A stretch of DNA of 64,000 bases from Thermodesulfobacteriota bacterium (GTDB taxonomy: Bacteria; Desulfobacterota; Desulfobacteria; Desulfobacterales; C00003060), in contig JAXHVD010000012.1 in the NCBI GenBank assembly GCA_034189385.1, positions 80,657 through 144,656 on the forward strand. Reading direction: 5' to 3'. The position numbers and the translations under genes are program-made. This document shows positions 50,155 to 59,804 of this stretch, piece after piece. How positions within the stretch are numbered: position 1 is the stretch's first letter; each line of letters opens with the position of its first letter. The notes below the pieces were generated by a model, which saw only the letters and a list, made by a program, of their open reading frames with translations, was not told where the DNA came from and did no database searches.

Positions 50155-50643
50155 TTATGAGGCTATGAGCTTCAGCAGATCAGGGGGCAAGTACCATCGA
50201 AGCCGACCCTTGTGCGTGGGAAGCTCTTCCACGTCAATCCGACAGCACCCCCCCATCTCAAACTGCACGGCCGCCTTGGAGCCCTCTGTCAGCAGAAAGG
50301 AAGCTACCTCAGCGACTGAGGGCAGATGTCCGGCAACGAGCACCCGCTCGGCCCCAGAAAGCTCGGCCAAGGCCTGAATGGTCTCATCAGGCGGCGTCAT
50401 GGCCTTGACCTTCTTTGTCTCAGCGATCTTCTCCTGGGAAAACCCTACCTCCTGAGCCACAATAGCAGCCGTCTCCTTGGACCGTTTCTTGGGACTTGAC
50501 AAGACTGCGTCAAGGGAGACCCCCATCTTTTTGAGGGCTTGGCCGCTGGCCAGGATCCTGCTTTTTCCATCAGGGCTCAGCCCCTCCTCCGGGTCTTGGT
50601 CCTTGGGCAGGGCCGGGCCGTGTTGCATCAGATAGATCTCCAT
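50155..50643 (-). CDS. sixA: Phosphohistidine phosphatase SixA-like
   Basis: MEIYLMQHG (RHG variant), SSPKKRSKETA, LVAGHLP; GGAGG before ATG 50643. Confidence 0.85.
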   Translation of the reverse strand: MEIYLMQHGPALPKDQDPEEGLSPDGKSRILASGQALKKMGVSLDAVLSSPKKRSKETAAIVAQEVGFSQEKIAETKKVKAMTPPDETIQALAELSGAERVLVAGHLPSVAEVASFLLTEGSKAAVQFEMGGCCRIDVEELPTHKGRLRWYLPPDLLKLIAS

Positions 50644-51225
50644 GGGATCACCTCCTGGTTTTCGAAAAAAGGGGTTCAAAACCCGACTTTTCCAAGTAAC
50701 GCAAAGCAGTTATCATTTCTAGGCCGTCATGAATTATTTATCAGAAGACCGCGCCGGGGTCAACCGGCTCACGCCCTACCCCCTTGGAGGGTGCCCTCTC
50801 ACCACAGAGGAACCCCCTGCCCGCCCATATGCGCCCTGTTTCTTCAACTCCCCTTTCTCCAGATGCCCATGAAAACCGGACCAGAAGTTGGATACTGGAG
50901 CGTTCTCACCAAACACCCTGCACGGTAGATTTCCACAACCACGCTATCTTATCTTGCACTTGGGACCAGAATGAACCACGGTGAAAGAGTGGGAATCAGG
51001 GGGGTAACCTCTGGCAAATGTTGACCAAGTTGTAGAAATCGAAAGGCCAGATTTCACCCACGGTACCCCTGGTCGTTTGAAAGCACCTCTATGAAGGGGG
51101 GCTTAAATGGGTGCCGGGGGAGTTAGCTTAAGCTGATGATTTTCATGACGAATATGTATCATTTCCACTTTGGAGATTTCGGCAAGAAATCACAGAAGTC
51201 CGCTGCCAGTCTTGGGATGAAACAT

Positions 51226-51611
51226 ATGAAAAAGCAGCAAGGTAAAATATTCGGCGTAGGTCTGTCGAGAACCGGCACGCAATCTTTAACACAAGCATTG
51301 ACTGGCGGAAATTGAAGACTAGGAAGGTAAAGTCCAGCAGGATAATAAAGCCTCTTCTTCGTCTTAAGACTTATAATACTATTTCTTTCAATGAAAGAAA
51401 GTTCAGAGAAGCTTACGTTGGTCATATAGATGACGTCTTATCCTATTTTTCCGAACAAAAATGGCGTCTGTTAGTTATGGATATTTGTGGAGGGGATTCC
51501 TGGGAGAAGTTGTGCGCATTTCTGAACAAGCCTGTTCCGGAAGTGTCTTTTCCAGCAAAGGATTCTTGGTTACCGTATCTTCGAGAGAGGGAAAATGAGG
51601 GGGGCTGCTGA
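51226..51611 (+). pseudogene. Internally deleted sulfotransferase-family relic
   Basis: KIFGVGLSRTGTQSLTQAL joined out of frame to the C-terminal LLVMDICGGDSWEKLCAFLNKPVP..FP. Confidence 0.72.
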
Positions 51612-51648
51612 ATTTGGTAAAATAGGGAAGAGTGACAAAGCAATAAAC

Positions 51649-51785
51649 TACCCCGCCGCAAGCAGCGGGGTATCATATGTCATGCCGGACTTGATCCGGC
51701 ATCCAGTCTGGTTTTCTGGATTCCGGCGTGGGCCGGAATGACGGACACGCGGCAAGCCGCGGGGAATGAACCCCGAGAGATTCAA
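51649..51785 (+). mobile_element. Short element with two GCAAGC-loop hairpins, ending in TTCAA (IS200/IS605-end-like)
   Basis: TACCCCGCCGCAAGCAGCGGGGTA ... CGCGGCAAGCCGCGGGGAATGAACCCCGAGAGATTCAA. Confidence 0.6.
51679..51742. repeat. Nested palindromic REP/RPE-like unit
   Basis: GTCATGCCGGACTTGATCCGGCATCCAG-N9-CTGGATTCCGGCGTGGGCCGGAATGAC. Confidence 0.7.
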
Positions 51786-51912
51786 AATGGAGGGATGACC
51801 TGCCCCGTGGTGTACAGTGGCGGTTATCACCTGACACATCGGAGAGAATTGGATAGAGTTCAGGTCTATGCTATTTTGTCTAACCTCTTGTAACCTCACT
51901 ATTTTTGTGGTA

Positions 51913-52079
51913 TTGAAGACCCTGCAGCAAGCTGCAGGGAATCTTCGACCGTAAGGAATATGTCTCATTTTATATACGCTCGCTAACCCCGCAGCCCGCG
52001 CCGCGTTAGCACTGCCGACAGGTAGAACCACTGCCGTCAGGCGGAACCTACGGGGAATGCGCTCGCTTAATCGGTTCAC
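51913..52079 (+). mobile_element. Hairpin element, copy B, with a 52-nt insertion in the second hairpin loop
   Basis: Near-identical to copy A apart from the insert at 51996-52047. Confidence 0.82.
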
Positions 52080-52170
52080 AACATATCTGGGATAAGTGCC
52101 TCTGGCGCCAGAGCGTCACCCGTGGCAAGATTCCTGCGTGTGTAATGGGAAGACAAGGAATGACATCATC

Positions 52171-52290
52171 ATGAAAGCCTTTATTCTTCTCGTAAGCCTG
52201 GTGTTTGGTGTTTTTGCCATAGCAGTATACGCTTATGCTCTGAAGCACCGTACTAAAGAGTTAACGGATACATCAGATAAGGAAGATTGA
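52171..52290 (+). CDS. Possible small single-TM protein (39 aa)
   Basis: MKAFILLVSLVFGVFAIAVYAYALKHRTKELTDTSDKED; AAGGA upstream. Confidence 0.35.
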   Translation: MKAFILLVSLVFGVFAIAVYAYALKHRTKELTDTSDKED

Positions 52291-52486
52291 ACGGGAACCA
52301 CCTCATCTTTCAGAATAAGCCATTGAGCCACCCTTTTGAAACCTCACTATTTTTTTGTATCTCAGGAAGATCTATAATATAAGACTCTGACCCTAGAGCG
52401 TCTCTTGGCAAGCAACTCTATAGTCGGTGGCCCGAGGATTTCGCATGTAACAGTATCGCCATGGAGGGACCAAAACCCTTTGAAGG

Positions 52487-53287
52487 GTGCCCGCGGTATA
52501 TTCTTCAATGCACAGGAGTAAGGAAATCAGAAGTCTCGCCAACACTGTAACAGGGGTGTTAAAAGATCCTGTGTCCTATTTTGAGAAGAAGAACTACATT
52601 TTCGTCATAAGCCACATGAGAAGCTACTCGAGCCTTCTTTGCCATATCCTTGGAAGTCACGAAGAAATTTGTGGTTATGCTGAAATGCACCAGTCCTATT
52701 CTTCGTGGGTGAACCTCATGATGCTAAGACACAAGACTTATGTGGCAAATGACAATGTCCTGGACGGGAGGTATTTGCTGGACAAGCTGCTCCACAACAA
52801 GCATGCCATTTCTGAGGCCATACTTAGTAAGGAAAAGGTGAAACTCCTATTCCTTTTAAGAAAGCCTGAAGCGGCTATGAAGAGTATGATCAATATGGGC
52901 AAGGGTGGTGGCAAGTTTGGGAATTTGGCATGGGTTTCGAACTATTACTTGGAAAGACTGCTCCAAATTCAGGACTATGTACAGAAGTCACGTGGCAAGA
53001 GCTTTTTTGTGCAAGCCGAAAGAATAATCGAGGACACAGATTCCCTCCTTGACGACTTAAGCCGTTGGCTTGAACTAGGATCCAGACTGACGCCCAAGTA
53101 TTCCATATTCAAACATACAGGAGCTCGGCATTATGGAGACCCGTCCCGTTTCATCAGGAGAGGGGAAATAGTGAGAACGGTCAGGGACTATCGCCATATA
53201 GACATTCCTGCGGATGTAGTTTGGCAAGCAAAGGAGGCCTACGCGGCCTGTCGGAACATCTTAGTGGAATGCGCAGACACCGGGTGA
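52487..53287 (+). CDS. Sulfotransferase-like P-loop protein
   Basis: Motifs FVISHMRSYSSLL, ILGSHEEI.GY.E, DKLLHN, LLRKPE. Confidence 0.72.
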   Translation: MPAVYSSMHRSKEIRSLANTVTGVLKDPVSYFEKKNYIFVISHMRSYSSLLCHILGSHEEICGYAEMHQSYSSWVNLMMLRHKTYVANDNVLDGRYLLDKLLHNKHAISEAILSKEKVKLLFLLRKPEAAMKSMINMGKGGGKFGNLAWVSNYYLERLLQIQDYVQKSRGKSFFVQAERIIEDTDSLLDDLSRWLELGSRLTPKYSIFKHTGARHYGDPSRFIRRGEIVRTVRDYRHIDIPADVVWQAKEAYAACRNILVECADTG

Positions 53288-53603
53288 AGGCACCCCACCT
53301 TTATAGGGTTTGCTCGCCAGTACAATTCCATTCTTAAAGAGATAAAGGCCAAAAGGCGGTAGCAAGCAGCCTCTCGGGGGTATTGTTTCCATGGACTTGG
53401 TTCTTAATTCACTGTTCAGCCGTTCGAGGTGATAAAAACACACTGGCTATTCTGGCCACTGCCTCAAAGGAGGCCGTAGCATCCTATCTTTGGGCTGTGA
53501 TTAGTTCGTGATTAAGAGTTGGTTAGGATTTGGGGGTTGAATGAAGGGCATCAATTGGGTATGGCTAACCGACTTGATCTACCCAGACACAAACATGACA
53601 GGA

Positions 53604-53850
53604 TTATCGATGACGGATTCCTTTCAAAACCATAAGGCCGACGAACGACAAAGCCACAAGAAACCAAAAGGAGACATCGCCGGAACGCTTGCTACAGCCG
53701 GCCCGTCCCAGCCACCAAGCCGTGCCCACAACCACCAGGCGGCACAGGCTTTAAGGTTGGCGTTCAGGGGTTGGCTGTGTGCCGAACTGCAGTTGTACCA
53801 ATCCACATCTAATGTGGGAGCGCTTTGCCATTCCGTGGCCCAATTACCAA
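53604..53850 (-). pseudogene. 3' relic of a secreted protein with an IPTL-CTERM-like sorting tail
   Basis: GNWATEWQ...DWYNCSSAHSQPLNANLKACAAWWLWARLGGWDG, then SVPAMSPFG, then a frameshift to LVALSFVGLMVLKGIRHR*. Confidence 0.62.
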
Positions 53851-54372
53851 GCTCGCCTCCACTAGCAGACTCCTAATCTACCTCCTCCCCTCTGCAGAAC
53901 CATAGCCACACGTTTACTTCACTTCAATTCAAGCTGCCAATATCTGAAGGACCAGAAATTTCTGAAATTCACCTTTCGCATATTCAGTTTTGGTTGGATT
54001 AATGCTTGATTAGAAGTTGATTAGGAAAAGGGGTCTAAATGACGGGACAAGGAGACACTACATCTTGGGGTGGGCCAAGATAGGCTTGATGTTCAGGTAA
54101 CCGGCCAATACCACGCCGAAAACCATTGGTCAAAAACCATCGATACAGTCGACGATTATTTGAAATAAACTGCCCGTACCTCATCAGACCAAAAGGTTTC
54201 TGATCCAAAATATTCGGTAGTCGGGCACTACAAAGGAGACAGAATCGAGATCGATAGAAGCAATATTGAACATTCTGCGAAACCATGGGGCAGGCGTGAT
54301 ACATGGAAAAGATCAAACATTCATCCATGTCCTTCCTGGGATGTGGGATGCGCATGCCTCGAAGACATTGTG

Positions 54373-57252
54373 TTAGCCCACGAGTTCCCGAAGCGCCTCC
54401 AGCAACTCCTTCTGTTCAAAGGGTTTTGCTAGTGTCCGATGGGCGCCAAAGCTCTTGGCCATGCGAAGGTATTCATCAGCTGGCAGCCGCCCCCCTCCAG
54501 AGATGGCCAGGATCTTTGCATCCGGAAAGTCCCTGCGAATCTCCCCGATGGTTTCAATGCCTTCCTTTTCCGGCATAATGATGTCTGTGATGATCACGTC
54601 GCAAGGTGCTTCCCGAAGGAGCCTTATCCCCTGCCTGCCGTCAGCGGCATCTACTACCTCGTATCCGGCCCCCTCCAAGAGTTGACTCAACATCTTTCGG
54701 ATTTGATCATCATCATCTATGAGAAGAATGCGTGCCGTGGGCTCCTCTGTTCTCTGTTCCTCGGAATCTAAAACCTGCCGAATGGCCTTGGCCATGTGTC
54801 TCCTGAGCACAGGCTTATAAACAAAGGCCCGAATTCCCAAGGCCATGGCCCTTTCTTTGTTCATCTTTGTACTGAATCCCGTGCAGAGAATAACCGGAAT
54901 ATCGGGCCGTACTTCCATCAGTTTTGCAGCCAAATCCTCACCTGTCACCTTTGGCATGGTCATATCGGTGATGACAAGATCGAATCTGTCTGGATGGCAC
55001 TTGAACAGCTCCAAGGCCTCCAGTCCATCGGTTCTGGTTGTCACCTCATAGCCTAAGGATTCCAGCATCTGCTTTCCCATGTTCACTACGACCTGCTCAT
55101 CATCAATCAAGAGAATGCGCTCGGTGCCTTTGGCGACAGGTTCATCGGGCCAGGTCTCCGCTTGTGCTTCGCTTTCAATGGCTGGCAAGAACACATCGAA
55201 GGTAGAGCCTCTTCCCGGTTTGCTGTTAGCAGTGACAGTACCCCCACAACTCTTTACAATGCCATGGACCACAGAAAGCCCCAGGCCGGTACCTTCATTC
55301 GTGTCTTTTGTTGAAAAATACGGGTCAAAGATCCTGTCCAGCATGTCAGGTGCCATGCCGTGCCCTGTGTCGTTCACAGTGAGCTTTATGTGGGGTCCAG
55401 GTTTCATACCCCGATCCTTGACCTCAAAGTCAGCTTCAGGTTCTACATCCACCAGGTTCACCTCCAGTGTACCCCCTTTTTCTTCCATGGCTTGACCGGC
55501 ATTGGTGCAAAGGTTCATTAACACCTGATGAATTTGAGTCGGATCTGCAAGGACCGCAGAATCGCTCTGGATGTCTTGGCGTATCTGAATGGTTGTGGGA
55601 AGGGATGCCCTTAGCAGCTTTAGTACCTCTTTTACAATGAGTCCCACCTTAACAGGCCTTGATTCCTGTTCACCCTGACGGCTGAACGCAAGAATCTGTT
55701 TGACTAAATCTTTGGCGCGATTTGCTGCAATGAGCACCTCTCGCAAGTTTGCGCGTAGCAACGATCCCTCTTCAACATCATCCACGGCCATCTCCGCGTA
55801 GCCAATAAGGGCAGCCAGTATATTGTTGAAGTCATGGGCGATGCCCCCTGCAAGGGTCCCAATGGCCTCCATTTTCTGTGCCTGCCGGAGCTGGGATTCA
55901 AGTCTTTTCTTTTCTCTCTCGGCCTGCTTGCGCTCGGTGATGTCCACATGCAGGCCCACGGCTCTCCAGGGCCTGCCGTTTTCATCAAGCTCAAAGCTTT
56001 TACCTTTGCCGGAAATCCACTTCCAGCTTCCGTCTTTGCACTTCAGCCGAAATTCCACTTCGTAACGCTCGGCATTTTCTACATAGTTTTGTACCTGCGG
56101 GACCATGGTTTCCCTGTCTTCCGGATGCATAAGCCTCGTCCAGGTATCTTTAACCATTGGCAGTTCCCCAGGTTCATAACCCAACATCGTGTAATATCTC
56201 GGGCTGAAGTAAATCTCATCTGTATCTAAATCCCAATCCCAGAAACCGTGGTCACCTGCATCCATCGCTAGTTTTAACCGCTCTTCACTTTCCCTGAGTT
56301 TCTTCTCCGCCTGCCTGAGCTCGGTGATATCTATGACGATTCCTCTTAGGCCTACAGGTTGGCCATCTCTAACGATGGGACTGGAAAACGTAATGACAGG
56401 AAAGGTGCCGCCGTCTTTTCTGAGCGCTGTGTATTCATTTCTGCCCGCCTCTTGGCTGGTCAAAACCTCCCGCATATTCTGAGCCATTCTGTCACGATCG
56501 TCAGGAATAAACATTTGAAGGGCTTTTAAGTGCTTATCAAGATCCTCTTGACAATAGCCAAAAGATCTAAACCCGCAACGGTTAGTGAATGTCACGTTGC
56601 CCTCTTTATCAATTTCAAAGACAGTTTGAGGCAATAGATCAACCAACTCTCTGTATCTCTGCTCACTCTCCCGTAGCGCCCCCTCTGCCTGCTTTCGTTC
56701 GGCGATCTCACGCTGAAGTTTCTCGTTGGTCTTTCTGAGGTTGCTGGTGCGTTCGGCAACGAGTTCCTCAAGATGGTCGTGATGCCTTTGCAGTTCCATC
56801 TCGGCTTTCTTGCGGTCTGTGATGTCTGTCAGGACGTTGGCAAGACAAACAGGTTCACCCTTATCGTTCCGGATGAGGAAGACATTCTGGATTGTGGGGG
56901 TCAACTCGCCTTTTAGCGACAGGATAGGTATTTCCGCTGTCACTTGGTCCTTTTTGAAGACTGTGGGCAAGATTTCATTCTCCAACCTGGGCAGGTCTTG
57001 TTGGGCATAGTAAGTCTGGACGGGTTTCCCGATGGGATCTTCAGGTCTCTCTTCTCCCATTAATCGACAAAGAGTCGGATTTGCATAGGTTATTCGCCCT
57101 TCCAGATCTGCCATGCCAAGCCCTTGGCCAGAGGTCTCGGTAAACCTGCGAAACAGGGCTATCTGTTCCTCTGCCTGCTCGCGTTCACGAGACTGTTTCT
57201 CCAACTCCCTAACCCGTTGTTCCAGTTCTTCATAGGTTGGTTTTGTCACCAT
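54373..57252 (-). CDS. Hybrid sensor histidine kinase: 3 PAS, HisKA, HATPase_c and 2 receiver domains
   Basis: DITxRK PAS ends, GIAHDFNN, NLCTNA, GTGLGLS, LIDDE...ITDMTMP...KP and LIDDD...ITDIIMP...KPF; GGAGG before ATG 57252. Confidence 0.95.
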   Translation of the reverse strand: MVTKPTYEELEQRVRELEKQSREREQAEEQIALFRRFTETSGQGLGMADLEGRITYANPTLCRLMGEERPEDPIGKPVQTYYAQQDLPRLENEILPTVFKKDQVTAEIPILSLKGELTPTIQNVFLIRNDKGEPVCLANVLTDITDRKKAEMELQRHHDHLEELVAERTSNLRKTNEKLQREIAERKQAEGALRESEQRYRELVDLLPQTVFEIDKEGNVTFTNRCGFRSFGYCQEDLDKHLKALQMFIPDDRDRMAQNMREVLTSQEAGRNEYTALRKDGGTFPVITFSSPIVRDGQPVGLRGIVIDITELRQAEKKLRESEERLKLAMDAGDHGFWDWDLDTDEIYFSPRYYTMLGYEPGELPMVKDTWTRLMHPEDRETMVPQVQNYVENAERYEVEFRLKCKDGSWKWISGKGKSFELDENGRPWRAVGLHVDITERKQAEREKKRLESQLRQAQKMEAIGTLAGGIAHDFNNILAALIGYAEMAVDDVEEGSLLRANLREVLIAANRAKDLVKQILAFSRQGEQESRPVKVGLIVKEVLKLLRASLPTTIQIRQDIQSDSAVLADPTQIHQVLMNLCTNAGQAMEEKGGTLEVNLVDVEPEADFEVKDRGMKPGPHIKLTVNDTGHGMAPDMLDRIFDPYFSTKDTNEGTGLGLSVVHGIVKSCGGTVTANSKPGRGSTFDVFLPAIESEAQAETWPDEPVAKGTERILLIDDEQVVVNMGKQMLESLGYEVTTRTDGLEALELFKCHPDRFDLVITDMTMPKVTGEDLAAKLMEVRPDIPVILCTGFSTKMNKERAMALGIRAFVYKPVLRRHMAKAIRQVLDSEEQRTEEPTARILLIDDDDQIRKMLSQLLEGAGYEVVDAADGRQGIRLLREAPCDVIITDIIMPEKEGIETIGEIRRDFPDAKILAISGGGRLPADEYLRMAKSFGAHRTLAKPFEQKELLEALRELVG

Positions 57253-57457
57253 GAGAACAACCTCCAATTGGCACGAAAACAAGTAAGGCCCCATGCACAC
57301 GTATCCTCAATACGATGCACGAAGCCCTTTACGGTCCCATAGGGTTTCCCCCTGAAATTTCTTATCTATGAAGGTGAGGTACTCTCAATGAAAAGAAGAT
57401 CTATACCGTATCAACAGGCACTGTCAAGGCTAAGCCGCAACCCTAGCCCTTGGTGGA

Positions 57458-57671
57458 TTGAAGACCCTGCAGCAAGCTGCGGGGAATGTTCTACCTAGCG
57501 GCAGTGCTTCGCAGCGACCGTAAGGAATATGTCTCATTTTATATACGCTCGCTAACCCCGCAGCCCGCGCCGCGTTAGCACTGCCGACAGGTAGAACCAC
57601 TGCCGTCAGGCGGAACCTACGGGGGCTGCGGTAGCTCTCCTGTGGAGAATGCGCTCGCTTAATCGGTTCAA
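57458..57671 (+). mobile_element. Hairpin element, copy C, with three nested insertions
   Basis: Carries the same 52-nt insert as copy B (57565-57616) plus inserts at 57492-57515 and 57625-57647. Confidence 0.82.
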
Positions 57672-57841
57672 AAACCATATAGAAAACTGTAAGTCAGTTC
57701 AGACAGATGGCGGTGCTGATTTCCTGCCTCCAGGTCTCTTTCGAGCCTGGCATCCATGGACGGCATGCCATAGGGGATTTCCGCAATGCGCCATGACCCG
57801 CACTCCGGACATTTTTCTGTTTTCTTCTTTGCCTCAGTCAT
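57668..57841 (-). pseudogene. Truncated small CxxC protein
   Basis: MTEAKKKTEKCPECGSWRIAEIPYGMP...DLEAG; no second Cys pair, and the stop codon falls in the end of repeat copy C. Confidence 0.45.
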
Positions 57842-58088
57842 GCCCGTTCAAAAGCTGCTTCAAACATCAATCCTTCACCAGCGTAGTATTTCCGGGCTTC
57901 TTCCCGCGTAAACCATCAAATCATACATGTCCCCTTTGTCCTCCCAATCCTTCTGCAAAAGCAGGAGTTGCCAGCCCCCACAAAGAACAAACCAATGCGA
58001 TTAAACCCGCAGAAGATGGGCGTGTTTTCACTTTTTGTTGCACAGTTTCATGGCCTTGCCTCTGTCCGACTCCGGGCCCCGCGTTATG

Positions 58089-58502
58089 CTAAACAAACTT
58101 AGTGTTCAAGCCAGCCTTCTTTGCGGCAGCAATCTGTTGCTTGTCCGATGATACAAATAACTCAGCGCCCCAGACCAAGGCACAGGCCACGTGGATCGCG
58201 TCCATCGCACGAAGCGGTGAAGTTTCAAGGAGTCTAGTCGACGTAACAATGACCTCAGGAATCACGTTAACGATTACGGCATCACGAACGTCACCCGATA
58301 AATGTTGTTTTATGGTTACGTAGTCTCGACGGGAAAGGCGCTTTTCGCGTATGCGGCGATTTAGAGCAGAAATAATCTCCGGAACACATATTACACTGAT
58401 GGAAACCTCTTTCGCCTTCAAACAGATGTCATCAATAAGTTGACTTCCAGGTTCCTCCACATATCTTTTCGCAAATGCTGAAGCATCAAAGAACGTTTTC
58501 AC
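58089..58502 (-). CDS. vapC: PIN-domain toxin VapC
   Basis: Motifs FFDASAFAKRY, VPEI, LRAMDAIHVA, FVSSD; overlaps the antitoxin gene. Confidence 0.93.
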   Translation of the reverse strand: MKTFFDASAFAKRYVEEPGSQLIDDICLKAKEVSISVICVPEIISALNRRIREKRLSRRDYVTIKQHLSGDVRDAVIVNVIPEVIVTSTRLLETSPLRAMDAIHVACALVWGAELFVSSDKQQIAAAKKAGLNTKFV

Positions 58503-58722
58503 GTTCGCGCTCCTCTAAAATTGCTGAAGATAAATCTGTACCCTTGACCGAGAGTCGCAAGCCGGGCCTTTTCCACGAAGGCACGTCATCCTTTTTTAAT
58601 ATCGGTGAAATCTCGGCAATAGGCCTCCCATGACGCAAGACAACGATCACCTCCCCGTCCTCAACGGCAGAGAAGAGACTCGATGCGTGCTTACGAAATT
58701 CGGTGAATGTTATTGTTTTCAT
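58486..58722 (-). CDS. Phd/YefM-family antitoxin paired with VapC
   Basis: ITFTEFRK..S.L...VE.GE.IVVLRHGRPIA. Confidence 0.9.
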   Translation of the reverse strand: MKTITFTEFRKHASSLFSAVEDGEVIVVLRHGRPIAEISPILKKDDVPSWKRPGLRLSVKGTDLSSAILEERERENVL

Positions 58723-58740
58723 CTGACACCTCCTTCGTTG

Positions 58741-58777
58741 TGCACATTAATGTACAGTTTTGTGAGCAGAATGTCAA
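58741..58777 (-). promoter_or_regulatory. Sigma70 promoter with an overlapping palindromic operator for the Phd-VapC operon
   Basis: TTGACA-17 nt-TACATT; the near-palindrome TGTACATTAATGTGCA covers the -10 element. Confidence 0.75.
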
Positions 58778-59301
58778 GATATCCTTTACATGGGCGACGA
58801 GAATGTCGAAAAATCAGGTTGCAAGATGATTTTGGTGGCCGAGGAATGAACTGTCAAGAAAGCCGTGATTTCTGCGGGAATCGGGTGCCGGCCATATCGC
58901 AGCAGCAGGAATAGACGCATCGGGGATAGCTACTCGGGCTTTTGCAGGAAGATTTCTGTCCCGATTTCCTGTTATGCTGCCGCCATGAGGAAGGTTTTTC
59001 CGAAGTTGATGATCTTTTCAAAACGAAAAGCATAAAAACATGGACGCTATATAATAGAGCAAGTCCCCGTGGCTTTTACATACCAGTGTTATTTTCAGGC
59101 ACTAATGGGGGTTTTGCCGGGGACGGCGGACTTGACGGAGGGAATAAGGGCCCAGGCTTTCATGTATGGCAGTGGCAAGGCGACTCAAGGGCGATTTTGC
59201 AGGTCACCCTTTGATTTCTTCGATGCTGTGATAGTAGCCAAAGGACGCCGCCAGTTGGCGGAGTGATGACTGGAAAAGCTACAGTGATTTGTTCTGCTCA
59301 A

Positions 59302-59568
59302 CTATTTATAGTGAGTCCACATTCGAATAATTTTTACTATCTTTTTATCCTCTATCACTTGATAGACCAACCGATGTTGAATATTTATACGACGGGAATA
59401 GGCACCGGCTAAATCGCCGACAAGCTTTTCATAGAAAAGTGGGGTTTGAAATGGGTTGTCGCGAAGGGCTTCAATTAATTGCTCGGCTTTAGCTTTGAGG
59501 CCTGCAGCCGATAATTTTTTGGCGTCTTTTGGAGCTTGCTTTGTAAATACAACCTTTTAATTTACCAA
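59302..59568 (-). pseudogene. yoeB: Txe/YoeB-family toxin inactivated by a stop at codon 4
   Basis: Not in the ORF track. TTG GTA AAT TAA, then KVVFTKQAPKDAKKL...EKLVGDLAGAYSRRINIQHRLVYQV...RMWTHYK*. Confidence 0.88.
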
Positions 59569-59804
59569 CCGATTTCCTCTTTGCAATGCTCAATAGGTGT
59601 TGCAAGACCTTCGCGAATCGACTCACGCATCCCCGGGATATTCAAGAGATAAATAGTTTCTTGAATTGACCGCCAATCATCCTCGGACAGGAGTACCGCA
59701 TTTCCTCTTTTGCTTGTAATTACGATAGGTTCGTGCGACGTAAAGGCTTGATCAATAAGACGATATAGCTTAGATCGTGCCTCTGTGGCTGTTAATGTCG
59801 GCAT
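59562..59804 (-). CDS. yefM: Phd/YefM-family antitoxin
   Basis: TATEARSKLYRLID, PIVITSKRGNAVLLSEDDW..IQETIYLL. Confidence 0.92.
   Translation of the reverse strand: MPTLTATEARSKLYRLIDQAFTSHEPIVITSKRGNAVLLSEDDWRSIQETIYLLNIPGMRESIREGLATPIEHCKEEIGW

Noticed and set aside
54035..54355. 106-aa minus-strand ORF after the hybrid kinase
   Set aside because: No RBS or domain; composition is not convincing.
51648..57678. ORFs 51648-52079 and 57430-57678 sharing the peptide RRFRLTAVVLPVGSANAARAAG
   Set aside because: The shared peptide is just translation of repeat copies B and C.
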